From: a virus
Lineage: Duplodnaviria; Caudoviricetes
Reading direction: 5' to 3' (one strand)
Virus record (IMG/VR): IMGVR_UViG_3300020190_002237
Coordinates: 1 to 26,429 of that record
Length of the DNA: 26,429 nt
Shown: positions 19,957 through 26,429 of the stretch, piece after piece
Position numbering within the stretch: the stretch's first letter is position 1
How the letters are laid out: each line of letters begins with the position of its first letter
Notes under the pieces: generated by a model
The model's database searches: none
Told to the model about the DNA's origin: nothing
Seen by the model: the letters and a program-made list of their open reading frames with translations, nothing else
Made by a program: the position numbers and the translations under genes

Positions 19957-20912
19957 ATTCTATATTTGTCTAACAAACTTTCAGGTTGGCACATGCAGGA
20001 ATTTTTTTTGTCACAAATTTTTGGCTTAATATTAGGATTGAATTTTTTTGTGAAATCAGTATCATATATGTTGTACTGTTCAAATAATTTTGTTCTACAA
20101 GCTGCTGTGATCACGCCAGCAGGATCTATCATCATGCTATCCACTCCAATGTTGCACATCCAGCCATAAAAATTGTTCTGTTTGTTCAGCACAATCCAGT
20201 TTCTATTCACAGATTTAATGGAGCCATCTTCAAATTTAACTTTGGGCGAACCTTTCATGTGTTTAGATTGACGAAAGATTGTCCAAAGATTAGGCATACG
20301 TTTAATTGGGTCAGCAACAAATTTTTTTTGTTCGTCAGTGAATTTGATAGTCTTATGCATGACCTCCATGGCCACTATAAACCATTTGTAACGACTGGTT
20401 TTTAAAGTTTCAATTAAATCTAAACATTTTTGCCAAGCAGTAGGGTCCATCAACATCATCACAGTGGGACTGCGTCCTTTTTTATGGCACATGTCAGCCA
20501 CTTTGATAAAATCTTGCACTTGCACTTGTTGATGATGACAACTCAATAAAATTTTATCAAACACATGTGCATATTGTTCCCACCATCTCAGTGTTCTACT
20601 GCCGTTGCTGCTGATAGAAATATGTGACGGAATTTGTTTGCGTATTTTTTCTATGAATTCTCCCAACTGAGGCCACAAAGTGGGTTCTCCTCCCACTATG
20701 TGCAGTTCTAGTTTGCGTTTGCCTATCGCTCTGTATCTATCAAACAAATGAACAAAATTTATCACCAGTTGATCCAAGTCATTAGTCCACCTGTGCGTGC
20801 CTTCATGTGATCCTTCAAAACAATACCAACACTTATAATTGCAGGTATTACCTATCATAAATTCCAAACGTAAGACGTCTTTACGTTGCGGATTGTAAAC
20901 TTGAGTTATCAT
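19953..20912 (-). CDS. Radical SAM enzyme with C-terminal Cys-rich domain
   Basis: CNYKCWYC, IVGGEPT, SSNGSR, and GWMCNIG...AAC...CDKKNSCMC. Confidence 0.9.
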   Translation of the reverse strand: MITQVYNPQRKDVLRLEFMIGNTCNYKCWYCFEGSHEGTHRWTNDLDQLVINFVHLFDRYRAIGKRKLELHIVGGEPTLWPQLGEFIEKIRKQIPSHISISSNGSRTLRWWEQYAHVFDKILLSCHHQQVQVQDFIKVADMCHKKGRSPTVMMLMDPTAWQKCLDLIETLKTSRYKWFIVAMEVMHKTIKFTDEQKKFVADPIKRMPNLWTIFRQSKHMKGSPKVKFEDGSIKSVNRNWIVLNKQNNFYGWMCNIGVDSMMIDPAGVITAACRTKLFEQYNIYDTDFTKKFNPNIKPKICDKKNSCMCQPESLLDKYRI

Positions 20913-22327
20913 AACAAATGTGCCAGTTCAGGAAAGGTATGCACTGCAGAAATTCCTCTAATAGCATCTAATTTATTCACGTAATCTTTGAAACCAGGCA
21001 ACAATCTAGAATGATCCTGTGAGTCCATATGATCCAACACTGCCTCCCAACGTCTCCAACCATAAGGATTTATTTTCCAAAAATCATCGTCCTGTCTATA
21101 ATTGTGCCACAACCAATCTTTAAAATCCATAAACAGTGCTCTTATTTGTTTTTTGTCTTCTTGTGGCAATATTTGTATGCTTAAAAAAGTTGGTATGTAC
21201 AATAAATGCATGTTGACTAATCCACCACCCATTTGTACTCCGCCAGGCACAGTGCCTACGTTTAATTTTTTAAAACCACTCTTAATTTTCCATTTCATAA
21301 AATCTGGAAGATGTTTGATATTAAAAATTTGTATGGCAGTGGCCAAACTCACTTGAATGTTGTCAGGAGTATTGTCCAACATATGTAAATTCTTTTCCAC
21401 AGTACTCCATTGAGTGGGAAAACGTATGTATTCATCACGCTGATGAGTGGCATCCATGCTCACAGCAAATTTTACTTTTTTAAATTTACTCCATAATTTG
21501 ATTAAATCTTCATCCACCAGTATGCCATTAGAATTGTAACGCAACAATATAGTATCCTGATATCCTTGACGAACAATTTCTTCTATGAATGTTTTATGTT
21601 CTTTGATCATAAGAGGTTCACCACCGGCAAAATACACTTGTTTCAGATTGGGTATTTGTTTGTACATTTCTTGCCAGAAGGTATCTTTTTCATGCCAAAA
21701 ATTATTGAATTCCTTTCTATCCCACTGAATTTGATCTTTAACTTCTTTATTCTGCAGTTGTGGCATCAGTTGTTGCCAATCTTGTACCCACTTGCTGCTG
21801 TCATGTGGTGAACACATCACACATTTGATATTGCAGGTGTGACCTAAACGCAGGTCCAGATACAACAATTTTTCAGGCACTGTGCCATCTGCTTTAGTCT
21901 GTCGTATCAATTCAGGCACATCAACCCCATCACGGTGCCAAGTGCCAGTCTCCCAAATCCTTTTGCTGACCACTCCCACACTTTCTTCAGCAAAACACTT
22001 GGTGCAACTGGCAGGTATTTGACCTTTTAACATGGTGGTTCTCACACTTTTCATGTAGTCATTATTCCAAGCACTCATAGGAGTGTCCACTCCAAAATTG
22101 GCAGGCTTGCCATCTTCTCGTTTAATAATACCCACTGTGTGATCTGATCCGGCACCACTGGCATTGGCTGAACAACACAGTCGCATGTCACCATTGGGTC
22201 TGGTGGCAAAGTGTATCCAAGGCAATATACAGTAGGTAGATGTGCCTGTGACAGATTCTATTTCTCTCTGCCATTTGCCCAGTTGTGAATCTTCCTCATT
22301 CATCCAATATTCACTGTGATCACGCAT
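20909..22327 (-). CDS. Radical SAM enzyme with N-terminal SPASM/twitch-like domain
   Basis: YCILPW...RLCC...CTKC, then CNIKCVMC, YFAGGEPL, YNSNG and VSMDA. Confidence 0.9.
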   Translation of the reverse strand: MRDHSEYWMNEEDSQLGKWQREIESVTGTSTYCILPWIHFATRPNGDMRLCCSANASGAGSDHTVGIIKREDGKPANFGVDTPMSAWNNDYMKSVRTTMLKGQIPASCTKCFAEESVGVVSKRIWETGTWHRDGVDVPELIRQTKADGTVPEKLLYLDLRLGHTCNIKCVMCSPHDSSKWVQDWQQLMPQLQNKEVKDQIQWDRKEFNNFWHEKDTFWQEMYKQIPNLKQVYFAGGEPLMIKEHKTFIEEIVRQGYQDTILLRYNSNGILVDEDLIKLWSKFKKVKFAVSMDATHQRDEYIRFPTQWSTVEKNLHMLDNTPDNIQVSLATAIQIFNIKHLPDFMKWKIKSGFKKLNVGTVPGGVQMGGGLVNMHLLYIPTFLSIQILPQEDKKQIRALFMDFKDWLWHNYRQDDDFWKINPYGWRRWEAVLDHMDSQDHSRLLPGFKDYVNKLDAIRGISAVHTFPELAHLL

Positions 22328-23135
22328 TGTTTAACCCCCAATTTCTTTCTTTACACCAAAAACATTCTCCACACACTGGCACGGGCAGCCCAGGCTTGTA
22401 GGTCCTGTAATCCAAGTCACCAAAGACTTTGGGATGAGTTTCTTTGTCACCTTCACAACTGCGAGTAAGATCGAATAGGTCCATAATGCCTAATTTTTTA
22501 TATTGGGCAACTATCCAGTCCTTCTGCACATATGTGAATGGGTGACAAGCATAGCCGCCCATGTGTGCTTTGATCAGACGATCCAGTGTAATATCTAAGT
22601 CTGCGTCTATGACAACATCTCGATCCACCAGTCTTCCATCAAATTCTTTATCAGGGTTTTTAGTAACCCCGCAATACCAAGCATCTAATTGCTGCGTGTG
22701 AGCCACATATTCTGCGTGTGCTCGCAGTTCAATTTGATTGCCGCTTTTTAATTTTCCATATTCATCCACGATATTGGGTCCTTTGGAACCCCACTCCAAG
22801 TCAGGAGCTATAAAATTTTCATGACGATAAAACTGTATGTGTTTGAATTTTTTCAGCAACCAATTATATACATCTATGCTGTTTTGTTGCTGCCAAGGTC
22901 GAGTTTTCCAGCATCTCACATTGGTGATGATATGCACTGCAGTTTCGCATCTATTTTCAGTAATGATATTGCACAGGAGATAGGACATTAGAGCACTGTC
23001 GGCTCCTCCGCTCACGCTGATACCAATTTTTTTCCAATTGAGTTGAAAAGGAAGTATTACTCCGTCCTGCTCATGCAAAATTTTGCTGAACACACTTGTA
23101 CGATAAATTTTTTTGATCAATTCAAATTTAGGCAT
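22320..23135 (-). CDS. QueC-like PP-loop ATPase (adenine nucleotide alpha-hydrolase superfamily)
   Basis: PP-loop ISVSGGADSA and a C-terminal Cys cluster TRSC...CGECFWC resembling the QueC zinc site, with longer spacing after the first Cys. Confidence 0.7.
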   Translation of the reverse strand: MPKFELIKKIYRTSVFSKILHEQDGVILPFQLNWKKIGISVSGGADSALMSYLLCNIITENRCETAVHIITNVRCWKTRPWQQQNSIDVYNWLLKKFKHIQFYRHENFIAPDLEWGSKGPNIVDEYGKLKSGNQIELRAHAEYVAHTQQLDAWYCGVTKNPDKEFDGRLVDRDVVIDADLDITLDRLIKAHMGGYACHPFTYVQKDWIVAQYKKLGIMDLFDLTRSCEGDKETHPKVFGDLDYRTYKPGLPVPVCGECFWCKERNWGLNNA

Positions 23136-23148
23136 ATTATGGACAAGG

Positions 23149-23156
23149 TATTTATC
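23149..23156 (-). promoter_or_regulatory. GATAAATA on the minus strand, putative late promoter for the minus-strand block
   Basis: The plus strand reads TATTTATC, 13 nt upstream of the minus-strand ATG at 23135. It is the same octamer as at 6884. Confidence 0.5.
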
Positions 23157-23196
23157 GGATTTTCATAACCACATTTTTTTTGCGATAATTACTATT

Positions 23197-23892
23197 ATGC
23201 TGCAAAAAATAGATATTAAATTTTCATCAGCTGATATCTTAAAAGCTATCACAAACTGCAAATTTGATGAAGATCCTGAGGACTTAATGCAAAAAATCGA
23301 AATCAATTCACCCAGTGGAAATTGGTTTTATGATCCTTGGCATCTAAAACCGGCATTTCAACATGCCAATTTAATTTCCTTTTTTGAACAATTGGGTCCT
23401 GTGGGTCAAGCAAGACTGGTGATGATCAAACCTGGCTGCAATTACACAGCACATGCAGACATAGATGACAGATATCATGTCAATTTGCAGGGTGAACACA
23501 GTTATTTGATAGATCTAGCCCATGGCAAAATGTATCCTACATTGGTGGACAACTGTTGCTATCTCATGGACACATCACGCATACACACTGCTGTAAATTT
23601 TGGTTATTTAGACAGAATCCAATTGGTAGTAAGACGTTTGCTCAATAAAAGTCAATTAAAAAATCCAATCCAGATAAAAATTAGAGCCATTGATAGCCCT
23701 TACAATTTGAGATATCTTTTTGATCAAACTTTTTCTATCTGGTTAAACAAAGCAAATAAGGCAAAAATTATTAATAATTTTAAAGCTATCACAGATGAAG
23801 AAATACATCTGGATTTAGAACAAGAATATTTGACAGAATTAAATAACATTTCCGAAAATTGCGGATTTAAAGTGAGGATAGATCATGATTGA
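23197..23892 (+). CDS. 2OG-Fe(II) oxygenase, aspartyl/asparaginyl beta-hydroxylase-like
   Basis: ARLVMIKPG..YTAHADIDDRYH (HxD), DTSRIHTAVNFG (distal His) and RIQLVV (2OG-binding Arg). ATG 23197 avoids overlap with the divergent gene. Confidence 0.75.
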   Translation: MLQKIDIKFSSADILKAITNCKFDEDPEDLMQKIEINSPSGNWFYDPWHLKPAFQHANLISFFEQLGPVGQARLVMIKPGCNYTAHADIDDRYHVNLQGEHSYLIDLAHGKMYPTLVDNCCYLMDTSRIHTAVNFGYLDRIQLVVRRLLNKSQLKNPIQIKIRAIDSPYNLRYLFDQTFSIWLNKANKAKIINNFKAITDEEIHLDLEQEYLTELNNISENCGFKVRIDHD

Positions 23893-24517
23893 ATACTGGA
23901 GTAATTTTTACAAATGGCAAAATGGTATGCGTATGGTGGCCAATCTAATTTATGAACCATTAATTAATCCTGCTAAAACTATTTTCCGCATGAATTTCAA
24001 TCCCAATCAATATGCTGCATCTAATCTCTCTGACAGCGAAAGGCAAAGATTTTTTGAAGACGAAGTGAACAACATAGTAAAGGTGAGTGGCACAAGTTAT
24101 GCACCAGAAATTATTGATATTGATAGAAAAAATAGACTGATAGATTTTAAATGGTATGATCGCAGTGTCAGCGAAATGATACATACAGGCGCGATAGAAG
24201 AAATTCCCAACTGGCAACAGCAAATAAAAAATGTGCTTAAAGATATTTGCGATAAAAATCTAAGAAAAATTAACATTTATCCACACACATTCTATTTGGA
24301 CAACAAAAACTGCATGCATTGTATGGATTGGTATGCCACTGCGTCCGAACAAGACAGATATGTTCACAAATCTGTGTATGAAAGTGTTGTGATTGATCAC
24401 ACACATCCAAGATCCAAGACAGCGTTGCAAGGAGACACGTATGACATATGGAAAATATATGACAACACTATACACATGAATATTGGTGAATGGCCAGGAG
24501 ATTTTTTAAATGCTTGA
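23885..24517 (+). CDS. Protein kinase-like fold protein, apparently degenerate
   Basis: FFEDEV (helix C Glu), YAPEIIDID, KINIYPHTF at the catalytic-loop position, and CMDWY at the DFG position. Confidence 0.45.
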   Translation: MIEYWSNFYKWQNGMRMVANLIYEPLINPAKTIFRMNFNPNQYAASNLSDSERQRFFEDEVNNIVKVSGTSYAPEIIDIDRKNRLIDFKWYDRSVSEMIHTGAIEEIPNWQQQIKNVLKDICDKNLRKINIYPHTFYLDNKNCMHCMDWYATASEQDRYVHKSVYESVVIDHTHPRSKTALQGDTYDIWKIYDNTIHMNIGEWPGDFLNA

Positions 24518-25058
24518 GTATGTGGGCAACTGCAAAAACATAATAGATTGGAGCAATGTGATAAGAGACATTGAAAATCAACAGGGTGCTTACATTGGAC
24601 CAAGACATGATGTGGGGCATCTTGTGCCAGGGGTAGAAGAAGTAGCCAAACCCTTGCGAGAAGCTGGATACAAAATGAAACATGAAGGAGGCAATGCCAG
24701 TTGGGACATGTACTTACCAAACACAAATTTTGACAAAAAGATAGTGGAAAAGTTTTGTGCATGGGTGGGTATGAAAAGTTATATCAATGCTTGGATCAGC
24801 AGAGTAAAACCAGGTGATGTGGCACCTTGGCATTGGGATATCACCGATGATGAAAAAACTTTGGAACACAAAAAAGAAATAGTAAGATTTCATTGTCATA
24901 TTAGTCCACCAGCACCAGGACATGTTCTCATTGTGGAGGATGATTGTTTGTACAATCAAGAAACAGGCAGCACTTGGAAATGGCCCCGACGCACTGCATG
25001 GCATGCAGGATCCAATGCAGGACTGGTGCCCAAATATATTTTCAACGTGTGGGGGTAA
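24510..25058 (+). CDS. 2OG-Fe(II) oxygenase/cupin-fold hydroxylase
   Basis: WISRVKPGDVAPWHWD (HxD), RFHCHI and AWHAGSN (distal His). Confidence 0.75.
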   Translation: MLEYVGNCKNIIDWSNVIRDIENQQGAYIGPRHDVGHLVPGVEEVAKPLREAGYKMKHEGGNASWDMYLPNTNFDKKIVEKFCAWVGMKSYINAWISRVKPGDVAPWHWDITDDEKTLEHKKEIVRFHCHISPPAPGHVLIVEDDCLYNQETGSTWKWPRRTAWHAGSNAGLVPKYIFNVWG

Positions 25059-25059
25059 C

Positions 25060-25815
25060 ATGAAAGGTGTTTATGGTAAGCCATACATCTGTATGGACCC
25101 GTATGTGAATATACAACAATTAAAAGACATCACCAAAGATATTCACTATGGCATTGGCAAGGCTCACGCACATATTAGATTGAACTACGGCATAGAAAAT
25201 CATGATGAATATGTGGATGATATTAGAGGAGCCTATAATTATTGGCGTGATAGAGAAACAGATTCCAAATTAAAACAGTATGGTGCAGAGTTGGAAAAAA
25301 CCGACATGGTAGGTTTTCATTACTGGCTGATGTATCAATATCCTGTGTATGAAGCACTGAATTATCTTGTGATAAGAGAATTTGATAGATGCATAAATGC
25401 TCCATGTGTGCCTTATGATGCAAATAAAAAACCAATGTATGACTGTAGATGGACAGAGGCATCCAAATATTTTCCCACGCTGGTGGATTGGGCTAAAAAA
25501 CTGCCATTCAAGCCACTGGGGCCAATCATACTGTTGTTGAAAAATTCTGGACTAAAAACTATCAGACACAGAGATTGTTTTTTACATATGGAACCCTATG
25601 AACAAGAAGAGCATTTCATATGGTTTGACCCTATGAACGACAGATCTTTGTATGTGGAAAACGGAGACGAAAAAATACACATGAAACCCGGCAGCTCATT
25701 CTACTGGAACAATCACGATTGGCATGGCGGACTGGAAAACACCAACAAAGTCAGTTGGTCTATGAGAATAGAAGGTATTTTCAATAAAAAGCTAGTAGCA
25801 AAATTAAAACAATGA
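25060..25815 (+). CDS. 2OG-Fe(II) oxygenase-like protein
   Basis: TIRHRD (HxD), WNNHDWHGG and SMRIEG. Start at ATG 25060, just after the previous stop, with GGGGG upstream. Confidence 0.65.
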   Translation: MKGVYGKPYICMDPYVNIQQLKDITKDIHYGIGKAHAHIRLNYGIENHDEYVDDIRGAYNYWRDRETDSKLKQYGAELEKTDMVGFHYWLMYQYPVYEALNYLVIREFDRCINAPCVPYDANKKPMYDCRWTEASKYFPTLVDWAKKLPFKPLGPIILLLKNSGLKTIRHRDCFLHMEPYEQEEHFIWFDPMNDRSLYVENGDEKIHMKPGSSFYWNNHDWHGGLENTNKVSWSMRIEGIFNKKLVAKLKQ

Positions 25816-26393
25816 AAAAAACATTACAGTTTGATTATTTTCCAGTGATGCGTGCTTCTTATGCACCCAATGCACTGGTTGCTGAAGGCACACTACAGGA
25901 TCAATTGACACTGCAATGGAATAATGCCTTACTGTTTGATACCATAGAATTAAGCAAGGACACTGCTGAAAAAAAAAGCATAAGCAGAAATGCTGAAATT
26001 GTTTTACAAAAAAATATCAACACATTGAAACTGCAAAATAAACAAAGCTGGCAAGATGACAAACACATATCACTCACAGCACAGATTGAATTGATTTACA
26101 AAGACGCAGACCAGTGGACATGTAAATTTGTGTACAATTTATCAATGTGTGATGCACAATCATTGCAATCTTTCAATGAAAAATTTGGAATCAATCAAGA
26201 ATACTTTCATTTTAAATTGAACGGCGAAAGCCTAATACACAATCAACCAGTGCAGGCAGGCACCATGTTGAGTGCAGAAAAAGAATTCTATTGGCAAGGA
26301 CTTAATCCCATAATGTTCGAACTGGAGGAGTATGGCAATGGAGCCAATATGGACAGTAGATTTATTCAAATTGTAAGGTTCTCAGTGCTATGA
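25812..26393 (+). CDS. Hypothetical protein (193 aa)
   Basis: Intact ORF with ATGA overlaps at both ends. No motif recognised. Confidence 0.65.
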   Translation: MKKTLQFDYFPVMRASYAPNALVAEGTLQDQLTLQWNNALLFDTIELSKDTAEKKSISRNAEIVLQKNINTLKLQNKQSWQDDKHISLTAQIELIYKDADQWTCKFVYNLSMCDAQSLQSFNEKFGINQEYFHFKLNGESLIHNQPVQAGTMLSAEKEFYWQGLNPIMFELEEYGNGANMDSRFIQIVRFSVL

Positions 26394-26429
26394 AAATACT
26401 AATGACAGGGCATACATCTCCCATAGGCA
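26390..26429 (+). CDS. N-terminus of an SDR/NAD(P)-binding Rossmann enzyme, 3'-truncated
   Basis: ATG at 26390 gives MKILMTGHTSPIG, matching the beta1-TGxxxxIG dinucleotide-binding start. Only 13 codons are visible. Confidence 0.55.
   Translation, partial: MKILMTGHTSPIG

Noticed and set aside
13592-23135. Gene symbols such as moaA, queE, pqqE or queC
   Set aside because: Only superfamily motifs are visible. Domain architecture and context do not match the canonical pathways.
10482-25059. Extended N-termini in the ORF track (starts at 10482, 13550, 15406, 18275, 23113, 24922)
   Set aside because: They overlap upstream or divergent genes extensively. Downstream starts give the short coupled overlaps seen throughout the cluster.
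9303-26429. RiPP precursor peptide for the SPASM radical SAM enzymes
   Set aside because: The intergenic gaps are under 100 bp and contain no credible small ORF. A precursor outside the window cannot be excluded.
1-26429. Stop-codon reassignment, as found in some large phages
   Set aside because: Genes are intact under code 11, and TAA, TAG (9302, 19312) and TGA all end genes at sensible boundaries.
1-26429. tRNA/rRNA genes, CRISPR arrays, IS elements, introns/inteins, DGR template repeats
   Set aside because: There is no non-coding space and no long nucleotide repeat. No transposase, reverse transcriptase, homing endonuclease or intein motif was recognised by eye.

Overview
This 26.4-kb window is almost fully coding and looks like part of a large tailed dsDNA phage genome, probably myovirus/T4-like or jumbo. 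The lineage and host cannot be determined from the sequence. Bases 1-9302 form a virion/tail module: the 3' end of a very large repeat-rich structural protein, a 200-aa protein, three paralogous tail-fibre-like proteins with a shared N-terminal module but different C-terminal tips (tail collar, beta-rich tip, IMC/peptidase G2 chaperone), and a Ser/Thr-rich virion protein. From about 9.4 kb to the window end lies a tightly coupled enzyme cluster: two pairs of glycosyltransferase-like proteins, seven radical SAM enzymes of three architectures, a class I methyltransferase, an SGNH-type protein, a QueC-like PP-loop ATPase, three 2OG-Fe(II)-type oxygenases, a degenerate kinase-fold protein and the start of an SDR/Rossmann enzyme. 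The cluster is preceded by a near-consensus sigma70 promoter and a TAAATA (T4 late-like) motif. A three-gene minus-strand block (19953-23135) sits inside it. The main candidate for an undescribed system is this phage-encoded tailoring cluster, which may decorate the adjacent tail/virion proteins; the substrate is unknown. Family assignments come from motif recognition by eye, with no database searches.
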